From the NCBI GenBank assembly GCA_024679065.1, contig JAGIQG010000011.1, positions 43,710,001 through 43,774,000 of the forward strand: a stretch of 64,000 nt of DNA, given 5' to 3'. Made by a program: the position numbers and the translations under genes. Of the stretch, positions 23,501 through 35,500 are shown one piece after another. Positions within the stretch are counted from its first letter, which is position 1; the number at the start of each line of letters is the position of its first letter. This DNA comes from Sphyrna mokarran (Eukaryota). The notes under the pieces were generated by a model. That model was given only the letters and a program-made list of their open reading frames with translations, had not been told where the DNA came from and did not search any database.

Positions 23501-26500
23501 AAGCTCCATAGAATTCTTACAGATGCTCTGGAACATTACAATGAAATTCATGCAGTGATGAACCTTGTCCTATTCAAAGAAGCCATGCAACATATGTAAG
23601 TATAATAAATAATGAACCACAGGAAAAATTATTACCATTTTTATCATTATCATCTCATGTCATTCTTTAGTTACTCTCCTGTTTCTCCTCGTGCTCTCTT
23701 AGAGTTATCTTGGTCAATTGACTATATTCACACTAAACCGTTAAGAACTGAACTCTCTTTCCTGGTTCCCATGTTAGCTGACATTGTCAGTACTTCTCTT
23801 TTTTCAGGTACTATCTTTCCCTTCTTCAGGGAGGTGGTGCAGTGGCACAGTGGTTAGACCTACTGCCTCACAACACCAGGGACCCAGGTTCAATTCCTGG
23901 CTTGGGTCACTGTCTGTGTGGAGTTTGCATGTTCTCCTTGAGTCTCCTTGGGTTTCTACCCACAATCCAGAGATGTGCAGGTCAGGTTGATTGGCCATGC
24001 TAAATTGCCACTTAGTCAGGGTAAATACATGGGGCTATGGGGATAAGGGCTGGGTGGGATTACGGTCCATACAGACTTGATGAGCTGAATGACCTCATTG
24101 TGCGCTATAGGGGTTCTATGAGACTATGATAGACTGACCATCTCAAGCTCTGTCGCAGACTTCACAGCTCCCACAGATAGTGTTCAAGCACAGTTGTCGC
24201 TCTAAAAATAGGTGAATGTTACGCATTTTGCAAATACGTTTTGGGGGGTTTTAGTAAAGTCAAATTTTTTAAGAGTAGATTTTGTGCTGCATTTTAATGC
24301 TGAAAGTGATCTTGTGCTCAAGAAGGTTGGAGACCACTGGAATATAATGTGATCTACTTTGAAATTGTCAGTTAATGTCAGAGGGACCAGCAGAGTCAAT
24401 ATATGGGGTTACTGGGTAAAGGGCTGGATGGGATTGTGGTAAATGCAGACCCAGTGGGCCAAATGGTGGCCTCCTGCACTCTAGTGATGCTATGGATTCA
24501 AATGCTATTTTCATTCACTTGCCCTCCAAAGAAAAACAAGCTTTGATGCATCTGTTCATGTAAACTTCTCATGCATCTCTAATCTCCCTTTCATTCCAAA
24601 ATCTGTGTATGTGTTGTTGCTTCCAAATCCATGTCCATCAGTCCCACAATTCCATGTTTGAATGCCTCCAATCAGGTTTCCATTTCTGCGATAGTACTGA
24701 AAGGCCAGTTATCAAAGCAACAATTTACCTTCCTGTTTGACTTTGACAAAGATAAACTATTCCTCCTTCTAGATCTGTCTGCACCAATTGGCATGATTGA
24801 CCGTATGATCTTCCTCCAATACCTCCCACCATCACCCAGCTAGCCAAGACCACACTTGCCTGATTCATTCTGATCTTTCTAATCATAAGCATAGAATCAT
24901 CTGCGATGGCTTCTTTTCCTGTGATCACACACTATTATCTTTCATGACCCCCAAGGATATTCTCTTGATCTAATGTTATTTCTCATTTACATGCTGTCCC
25001 TTGGCAACATCATCTGAAGGCACACCATTAGTTTTCACATGACACCCAGCTCTACCTCATTACCACTTCTGTCAATGCCTCCACTGTCTCTGTATCATTA
25101 GACTGCTTATCCAGCATCCAGCACTAGATGAGCAGAAATTTCCACCTCTACAACATTACCTGATTTCACCATTGCCTCAACTTATCTGCAGTTGAAACCT
25201 TCATGCGCACCATTGTTACTTCAAGCCTTGAATATTCTAATACATCTTTCTTCAGCCTCTCATATTCTACCCAGTGTAAACTTGAGGTCATCCAAATTTC
25301 TGCTGCCTATGTCCTAACTCACACCAAATCCATTTACCCTTCACCCCTGAGCTTGCTGACCTACATTGGCCCTTGGTTAAGCAACATATTGATTTTAAAA
25401 TTCTTGTGTTTCAGATCCTTTCATGGCCTCACCATTCCCACCTGTGTAATCTCCACCAGTCTTACTACCTTTTGAGATATCAACACTTCCCTAATTTTGG
25501 CCTCCAATTTTCGTTGATATTTTCATGGTATATTAGTTTATATTACAATGTTATATTATTGCGTAATGGGGAGATGGTGACATAGTGATAACATCACTGC
25601 TGAGTAATCCAGAGACTTAGGCTAATGTTTTTGGGATATAGGTTCAAATCCTACCACGACAGCTGGTGGAATTTAGAATGCAATTTTTTTAAAACCTGGA
25701 ATTGGAAGCTAGGCTGATATTTTACAACCTCACTCGTGACGTTCGTAACATCCTGCCTGAGGTCAACAGAGAATTCCGTTCTGCAAGTTTCGCCCACCCT
25801 GATTCCCATAGTCTCAGTCATGATTAAACTATCATTAACTGTTCTAAAAATCCACCTGGTTTACTAATGCCTTTGGGGAAAGATATCTGACATATTTACC
25901 TGGTCTAGAGTACAAGTGACTCCAGACCCAGGAATGTGGTTGACTTATAACTGTCCTTTGAAATGGGCTATCATCAGCTGCAAAGAAGAGTGAACCATGG
26001 ATTGTTGGAGACCAGAAGAGTTTAAAATGTAAGTGATTTGTCTTTACATTAAATGCTGTAGCATAAGTTGTATCCATGTTTAGTAATGTGAGTTATATCA
26101 ATGCTGTGATTGGAGAATATGTTTGGTAGGTTGTACTCCTGCCAGCTGGCAAGTAAAAGGTCAACATTGTAAATATGGAAAAGTCTTTAGATGAGTTTAA
26201 AAAGTTTATCTTAAGATGGATTTAAGAAATTAATTGAATGATGAAAAGATTGAATATATTGCACACCTAGTATGGTGGGAGATCTTGTGGTGCAATGGTA
26301 ATATCCCTACACTGTACCAAAAACTCTGGGTTCAAGTCTCGCACCAGGACTTGATGGCCATGGAATGAATGTTCATAACATTGCCAAACAAGTTGATTAT
26401 CAGCCTGTAAATCTTTCCAGTATGCCTGATGGCACGCAATAAGAATAAAAGAGTTTTCTAGTAGGCTGTATAGCAGAAGGCATAAGAACATAAGAAATAG

Positions 26501-29500
26501 AAGCAGGAATAGGCCATCCAGCCCCTTGAGCTTGCCCCACCATTCAATAAGATCATGGCTGATCTGCAGTGGTTCAGTATCACTTTCCCGCTTTTTCCCC
26601 GTAACCCTTAATTCCCTTGTCAATCAAAAACCTATCCACTCTTGACTTAAATATATTCAGCAAGGAAGCCTCCACCACTTCAACAGGCAGAGAATTCCAA
26701 AGATTCACCACCCTTTGCGTGAAGAAATTCCTCCTCAACTCTGATCTGAACCACACCACCCAGTCTTGAGGCTGTGCCCTCTAGTCCTGCTATCTTTGTT
26801 AAGCGGGAAGAGTCTCTCAACCTCTACCCTATCCATCCCCTTCATTACCTTATACGTCTCTATAATATTCCCTCTCAGCCTTCTAAACTCCAATGAGTAC
26901 AAACCTAGCATACTTAGTCTCTCTTCTTAATCCAATGCCCTCATCTCCAGTATCAGCCTAGTGAACCTTCTCTGCATCCTCTCCAAGGCCAATATATCCT
27001 TCCTCGAATGCGGCGACCAAAACTGCACATAGTACTCCAGCTGCGGCCTCACCAGTGCCCTGTACAGTTGCAAAAGTACCTCCCTACTTTTATATTCTAT
27101 CCCCCTAGCTATAAAGGCCAATATTGCATTTGCCTTCTTGATCACCTGCTGCACCTGCAGACAGTGTTTTTGTGATTCGTGCACAAGGACCCCCAGGTCC
27201 TTCTGCACTGTCACGTGCTGCAGCTTTTCACCATTTAAATAGTAATCCTTCCTATCATTATTCCTACCAAAGTGGATAACCTCACACTTGCTAACATTAT
27301 ACTCCTTGCCCACTCACTGAACCTATCCAGATCCCTGTGCAGGCTTTCCACACCCTCCAGGCAATAGCAAACCACTGCAGTACTTTGCTAAGCATAACCA
27401 TGGACCAATCAATGGATGTCCCTGGTCACTGGTGCCTTCTCAGGCGTTAGAACCTGAAGAAGGAGAAACGTAATACAGTAACAACATGTAAATGTTTCTT
27501 CTTTTGTTACTCTAGACATCTGTTGAGATAGCAATTCTGAAGTTTGTTTACTCAGAGAATTTTATGGTCTAATCAGTGACTTCCACTGTTAGAATAGGAC
27601 TTGAGAATTCTGCTCATAAATTGCATAATGCGTGAGCAGGTGAGAGTAAAAGAAATTGAGAGTTGAGGGTTTGGGTGAAAGAGTTTGGTGGTATGGAGGT
27701 GAGAGTAGATGTAAAGGGCTCAGAAGGTGAGGGGTTTGATGGAGTGAGGGTAAAGTGGCGAGATTTGAAGCTGAGATAGTAAGATAGGTTGGGTTGAAGA
27801 TGGGGAAGTGAATGAGTGAGGTTGAGGGGGTGAGGAGACTGAAGGATGCAGTTGAGGGGAGTTTCAAATGGCTAAAATGTTCAATTATATACAGAAGTGC
27901 CACTGATTGCCTCAGAAACACCATGCTCTTTGGGAATGTTAACGTGAGGCTAGCCTACAGGTCACTTAACCCAAGAAGATCCCACCTGATGTCAGTCTCG
28001 AGATGGACACAAGATTATAATGGCGTGATTAATCCTATGTCCTGATACCCAGCTCTGACATAAAAAATGTACAGTCATTCCAGAATAAGGAATCAAACAT
28101 TTGAGATGATTGAGATGAAGAGAAATTTCTTCACTCAAAAGGTTTTGAACCTTTCAAATTCACTACCCCTGACAGCTATGGATGCTCAGACATTGAGTAC
28201 ATTTAAGACAGAAGTCAATACATTTTAAGGGAATTAGGGACATCAGGATTATGCTGGAAGTTGGAGTTATAGTAGTAGATCAGCCATGATTTGAATAAGT
28301 GGCAGAGCTGGTTGAAAGGGCCAGATAGCCCACTCCATCTTCTGTTTCTTATGTTCTTTTGTTTCACTTCATGGGTAAGAATCGAAAAACATAAGAAATA
28401 GCAGCAGGAATAGACCGTATAGCCTTTCATAACTGCTTTTCAATTCTAAAGAATCATGGCTGATCTTGTCTTCAACTCTACTTTTCTGCCAATTTCTATA
28501 TATCTTAATTCTTTAAGTGCCCAAAAATCTGCCTATCCCAGCTTTAAATGTATTCAGTGTTAGAGAATCTACAACCCTCTGGGCTGTAAGTTCCAAAGAC
28601 TTGCAACACTTTTAGTGAAGTAATTTCCCCTCATCTCGATCTTAACTGATTGGCCTCACGTCCTAGGAATATGCCCCACATTTAATAATCCCTGACTAGC
28701 AGAAGCAGCCATGATGTAGAGATGCCGACGTTGGACTGGGATAAACACAGTAAGAAGCAGTCAAGCCTATCAAACCTAGTCAGAATTTTATCCAGTTCTA
28801 TAAGATCTCTTCTCCTTAAACCTTAGAGAAAATAGACCCAATTTGTTCAGTCTTTCACCATGGAACAGTTCCCACACCCTAGAAATCAATTTAATAAACC
28901 TTCACTGTACCACCTCCAATGCATCTTTTAATTGTGAAGACCAAAACTGCATGCCAGTTTTCCACATGTGGTCTCACCAAAATTCTCTACACATCTCAGT
29001 AAGACTTCTTTATTCATGTACTCCAATCCCCTTGCAGTAAAGGCCATTTGCCTTCCTTGCTGTACCTGTACATTATCTTTCTATGATTCTTGTGTGAGCA
29101 CAACCAAATCTCTTTGAATATTCATAGTCATAAGTTGCTCACCTTTCAAAAGATTTTCAGCAGTTCTATTCTTTTGATCAAAGTGAATATATTATGCTCC
29201 ATTTGTCATTTTGTCACCCACTCATTTAATCTGTCTGTATACCTTTGCAGACTCTCTCTGTCCTCCCTACAGATTATCTTCCCATCTAGTTTGGTATCAG
29301 CAACAAACTTTGACACACTACTCATTGTTCCTTCACCTAAGTCATTAATGTTGATTGTAAACAGCTAAATCTCCAGCGCTGACCTTTATGGCACTGTACT
29401 CAGCAGCAATGCTGATTGGCTGTTTCAGATAAGATTTGCATAGGCGTTGTCACTACTACCAGAAGGTAGTTTATGGGGGAGGTTATAAAGGGACAGCCAG

Positions 29501-32500
29501 GAATCATGGCTAAGGAAAGGATACAACTGGCAACTCAATGTTCCAGAGTACAGATGCTATAGGAAAGATAGAACAGGAAGTAAGAGAGGTGGGGGGAAGT
29601 TGCACTTTTGATTAAGGAAGACATCATGGCAGTACTGAGAAAGGATATATCTGAGTCTATATGGGTTGAACTGAGAAATAAGAAGGGGGAAATCAATTTC
29701 ATGAGTTGTACTATAGGCTCCCACATAGTTGTGGGAAATTGAGGAGCAAATAAGTAAGGAGATTACAGATAGCGCCAAGAAAAATTGGATGGTAATAGTA
29801 ATGGATTTTAACTTTTCTGACATTGATTGGATAAACTCAGTAAGAGGTCTGACAACACCAATTTTAAATCCAACCGATTTATTTGATAGTAAACTTGCTA
29901 GCTTTCGGCCTTTGTGCCTTCATCAGGTGAATGAGGTGTCGCCTGACAAAGGCACAAAGGCTGAAAGCTAGCAAGTTTACTATCAAATAAATCGGTTGGA
30001 TTTAAAATTGGTGTTGTCAGACCTCTTACTGAGTTTACCCCAGTCCAACGTCGGCATCTCTACATCATTGATTGGATAGCCATAGTATTAGAGGTTTGAT
30101 GAGAAAAACTTGTGCGTATTTGGGAGGAATTTCTCGTTGAGTATGTGGATGGCCTGACTAGAGAGGGAGCAAAACTTGATCTCCTCTTGGGAAGTAAAGA
30201 AGGGCAGGTGACAGAAGTGTTAGCGAGGAATCATTTTGGGACCATGACCGTAATTCCACTAGCTTTAAGGTAGCTATGGAGAATGATAAGTCTGGCCCAG
30301 AAGTTAGAATGCTAAATTGGGCCAATTTAGATGGTATCAGGCAGGAACTTTCAACAATTAATTGAGAAGTCTATGGGAAGGCAAAGGGATATCTGGTAAA
30401 TGGGAGACTTTCAAGAGTGTATCAACCAGGGTTCACAGTAAGCCCGTTCCTCTTAGAGTGAAGGGCAAGGCTGGTAGAATTAGGGAACCCTGGATGACTG
30501 GATATTGAGGCCCTGGTCAAGAAGAAGAAAGAGGCATATGACATGCATAGGCAGCTGTGATCATGTGAATCGCTTGAAGAGTATAGGGAGTTTAAGAGTA
30601 GAGTTAAGAGAGAAATCAGGAGGGCAAAAAGGGCTTATGAGATTGTTCTGGCAAATAAGACAAAAGAGAATCCAAAGAATTACTACAAGTACATAAAGGG
30701 CAATAGAATAACAAGGGAGAGAGTAAGGCCCCTTAAACATCAACAAGGTCATCTATGTGTGGATCCGTAAGAGATGGGTGAGATCCTGAATGAATATTTC
30801 TCATCAGTATTTACTGTTGAGAAAAGCATGGATGTTAGGGAACATGGGGAAATAAATAGTGATGTCTTGAGGAGTATACATATTACAGAGAAGGAGATGC
30901 TGGAAATCTTAAAGCGCATCAAAGTGGATAAATCCCCAAGACTTAATGAAGTGTATCCCAGGACACTGTGGGAGGCAGGGGAGGAAATTTCAGATCCCTT
31001 AGCAGAGACATTTGAATCATCGATAATCACAGATCAGGTGCTTGAAGATTGGAGGGTGGCAATATTGTGCCTTTGTTTAAGAAGGGTTCCAGGGAAATAC
31101 AGGCCGGTGAGCCTCACATCTGTAGTGGGTAAGTTGATAGAAGGTATTTTGAGAGACGAGATCTACAGGCATTTCGAGACGTAAGGATTGATTAGGCATT
31201 GTGAGTGGAAAATCATATCTCACAAATTTGATAAAGTTTTTTGAAGAGGTAGATGAAGGCAGTACTGTTGATGTTGTCTACATGGACTTTAGCAAGACCT
31301 TTAACAAGGTATCACATGGTAGGTTGTTGTGTAAGGTTAAATCTCATGGGATCCAGGCTAAAATAGCCAAATGGAAACAAAATTGGCTTGATGACAGAAG
31401 GTAGTGTCATTGTAGAGAATTGTTGCTAAACTGGAGGTCTGCGACCAGTGCTGTGCTCAGGGATTGGTGTGGGATCCACTCTTTCTTGTCATTTATGTTA
31501 ATGATTTGGATGAGAATTTAGTAGGCATGGTTAGTAAGTTTGCAAATGACACCAAGATTAGTGGCACAGTAAAGAAGGTTATCTAGGATTGCAATGGAAT
31601 CTTAATCAATTGGGCCAGTGGGCTGACGAATGGCAGATGGAGTTTAATTTAGATAAATGCGAGGTGATGCATTTTGGTCAATCGAACCAGGGCAGGACTT
31701 ACTCAGTTAATGGTAAGTGTTGGGAAAAGTTATAGAATAGAGAGATCTGGGGTACAGGGTTATAGCTCCTTGAGAGTGAGCCACAGGTGGACAGAGTGGT
31801 GAAGAAGGCATTCAGCATGCTTGGTTTCATTGGTCAGAACATTGAGTACAGGAGTTGGAATGTCTTATTAAAGTTGTATAAGACATTGGTAAAGCCAAAT
31901 TTGAAAAATTTGTACAATTCTGGTCACCCTTTATAGAAAAGATATTATTAAGCTAGAAAACATGCAAACAAGATTTATTACAATGCTAGCAAGACTTGAT
32001 GGTTTGAGTTATAAGGAGAGGGTGGATAGACTGGGATTTTTTCTCTGGAGCATAGGAGGCTTAGGGTTGATCTTATAGAGGGCTATAAAATAATGAGGGG
32101 CATAGATCAGCTAAAGCATCAATATCTTTTCCTAAAGTTAGGGGAGTCTAAAACTAAAGGGTATAGGTTTAAGGCGAGAGGGGAAAGATACAAAAGGGTC
32201 CAGGGGAAATTTTTTCACGCACAGGATGATGAGTGTCTAGAACAAGCTGCCAGAGGTGGTAGTAGAGGTGGTGCAAGTTTGTCTTTTAAAAAGTGTTCAG
32301 ACATGGGTAAGATGGGTATAGAGAGATACATGCCAAATGTGGGCAATTGGAACTAGCTGAGGGGCTTAAAAAATGGGTGGCATGGTCAAATTGAGCCAAA
32401 GGGCCTGTTGTCATGCTGTAACCTCTACTATTCACTGTCTGCCGACATGAAAAATTTCCGTCTATGCGCACTCACTATTTCCCATCTGTTAACTAACGCT

Positions 32501-35500
32501 ATATCCATGCTAAAACATTACCTCCAACTCCATGAGCCTTATCTTGCTTAATAGCCTTTTGTGTGACACCTTACTGAAAGCCTATTACAAACCCAAGTAT
32601 ACAGGCCTTGTTTAAAATTAAAATTTTTGTTTGATATTTTGTTTATTTATTAATCACAAGTAGGCTTACTTTAACACTGCAATAAAGTTACTGTGAAAAT
32701 CTTTTAGTCACTACACTCCAGCGCCTATTCAGGTATACTGGGAGAATTTAGCATGGCCAATGCAATGTGATCAAGTATATGATTTTAACTTGGAATTCAA
32801 CAGTATTATGATCACTCTTTCCCAGTGGATTTTTTACTCTGACACCACTAATTAATCCTGCTTCATTCCTAGTTGGTTCCAAACATGTTGGTCTAAGAAA
32901 CTGTCACAAAAACATTCCACAACTTGTATTCTGTACCACTCTTGCCAGTTTAATTGTCCCAGTCCATATGAAGGTTAGAGTTTTTCTTCATTACAAGCTT
33001 CAAAAATTTCTTATATCTTTGGACACAGTATTAAATAACTACTGTTCAGAGCCCTCCCACCAGTTTTTCTGATACCTGCTGTTTCCAATTTCCATTCAAA
33101 CTTATTCTAATTCATGCTCTTCTGAGGCCAAATCCTTTCATCCTTTATTATCAAAGTTACCATCCACCTTTCTCATTTTGTCTGTCTTTCTAAAATATTG
33201 CCTGTCCGGGGAATGCATACTTCCCAAACTTGATTACCTTATAACTCTGTGATGGGGATTAGATCTAAATCATTTACCTCTATTTGTCTATCTTATGGCA
33301 GATGTTTTGCACATTCAGATAACGAGCCTTTCATTTCATTTTTTTTTACTTCTATTCTCTGCCATGACCTTATTCATTGATGTATAACTTCTGTTAAACT
33401 CTGTCTCTTCCTGTCATGTTGTGCTTGTCTTTGCTCATATTGCTATATTGTTCTGATGCATCAACCAAATCTTCTTTCACCCAACCTGTCCCCCATCAGT
33501 TTAAAGCCCTGTCCACAGTCCTAAAATTGACCAGGACACTATTCCCATCCTGGTTAAAGCCCATCCTAATGGAATAGCTTACTTTTCTTTGAGTACTGAC
33601 ACCAGTGCCCATGAATTGAAACTCCTTTTTCTCAATCTTTGAGCCACATGTTTAATTCTGTAATCTGTCTTGACCCTATGCCAATTGACACATGGCTCAC
33701 GTAATATTCTGCAGATTATTACTTTTAATGTTTTGCATTTTAATTTTGACCCTAACTCCTTGAATTCTCATAATAGAACACCATTCCTGATTCTGCAAAT
33801 GTATTTGCCCTGGATTACAGTGGTAATCCAGTTTCCCCAATTACAATGTATGATCTGCCCTGTCATCTTTATTATGTGTTAATTAATTTATTACTTTTAA
33901 TGCGTTAATTTTCATTAATAAACCTTATTCCCAATAAGCTTTGTTGTTGTTACTACAAAACTATTAATAAAACTTTACAGTTACCAATAATTTGTTCTAA
34001 TTCTTTATGGATAAATGAGCAAAATACTCTCCAAACAATCACTTATCTGGTTCACTTGATTTTCTCATAATGCGAAGGGGCCACAGACCGATTCCCACCA
34101 CTGTTAGGTCTGTCCTTTGTCTTACCCCGCCTCCTGCACTCTTTTAAGTCTCTGGGTCTGTCCTCTGTCTCACCCCTCCTGTATTCTTTTAAGCCTCTGG
34201 ATCTGCTCTCTTCCTTATCCCTCCTGCACAATGGTGGCACAATGGTCAGCACTGCTGTCTCACAGCACTAGGACCCTGGATTCAATTCCACCCTTGGATG
34301 ACAATCTTTGTGGAGTTTGCACGTTCTCCTTGTGTCAGCGTAGGTTTCGTCCGGGTGTCCATTTTCCTCTCTCAGCCCAGAGATCTGCAGGTTAGGTGGA
34401 TTGGCCATGCTAAATTGCCCCTCAAATGTCCCAAAATGTGTAGTTTAGAATATTGGCAGGTTAAATATGTGGGTTGTGGGTATTGGGTGAGTCTGGGTTA
34501 AAAATGCTCTGTCGGAGAGTGGGTACAGGCTAGTGGGTCGAATGGCCTCCTTCTGCACTATAGGGATTACATGGATTTTTTGATGCCTTCAGGTCTGCAC
34601 TTAGATGTGCCCTGTCTTGCACTTTAGCCATGGGTCTGTTCTTAGACTCGCCTGTTCTCATGGGATAATTACCTTACAAGGAAGAAAATAATCAGTTCTT
34701 TCCTTTTGAAATACTATTCAGATGGAACACTGACATTTCTTCAAAATGTCCTGTCTGGAGACAATATACATCTCTTTAAACTTTGCTTAACGCTTTCTCC
34801 ACTCACATTGTTTGTATCTTTAAGACTTGATTACCTGTAAAAACTTGCATTCCAACCATTATTTTGTAAATTGCGTTTGTGTCTTTATATGCCCTGTTTG
34901 TGAACAACTCACCTGATGAAAGAACAGCGCTCCAAAAGCTAGTGGCATTTGCTACCAAATAAACCTGTTGGATTTAACCTGGTGTTGTGAGACTTCTTAC
35001 TGTGTTTACATCAGTCCAACTCTGGCATCATTCTATTGATTGGGGCGTTGACAGCAGGTCAGGAAGTTACACTTCAGTAAGCCTAAATCAGTTAGTATCT
35101 TACTTGGTCCCTTTAGTGTTGATGGCTGCATCAGCAGTGCTTTGCTATCAGTGTGGACAAAATTATGGGATTGAAAACAGATCATGCAAACCATGGAAAT
35201 GCTGAGAAAAGTTGGTGCGAGCTGCAACTCCTGTGATAGACAATTGTTGACAGCCTGCAGCTAGTCTTGTCATCAAAATGGACAGAACTTACAGTTGCTC
35301 CTTTCAAAATTGATGAACCTTCACAGGACTTCATAGACTTTTCCCTATCCTCAATTTACAAATACTTTTCTGATAGGTACAAGGGGTTGTTGTAGATCAT
35401 GACTCTTAACTCTTAGAAAAGCTCTTCAATTGGTTGAAAAGGAAATTTATGTTATACATATTTTTGGACTATATAATTATGCCCAGATGTACTGAGAAGC

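Larger units (their letters stand above)
29500..32430 (+). mobile_element. Near-complete CR1/HER1 ORF2 (APE + RT + 3' tail), decayed
   Basis: [63 protein letters not shown] motifs, tail gggcctgttgtcatgctgtaacctcta. Confidence 0.9.
28385..33850 (-). mobile_element. Old CR1 (3' end at ~28385; RT resumes ~32430; ORF1 esterase remnant ~33480-33850), split by a + strand CR1
   Basis: Colinear minus-strand CR1 pieces either side of 29410-32430; tail-to-tail with a + CR1 3' end at ~28085-28360. Confidence 0.7.
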
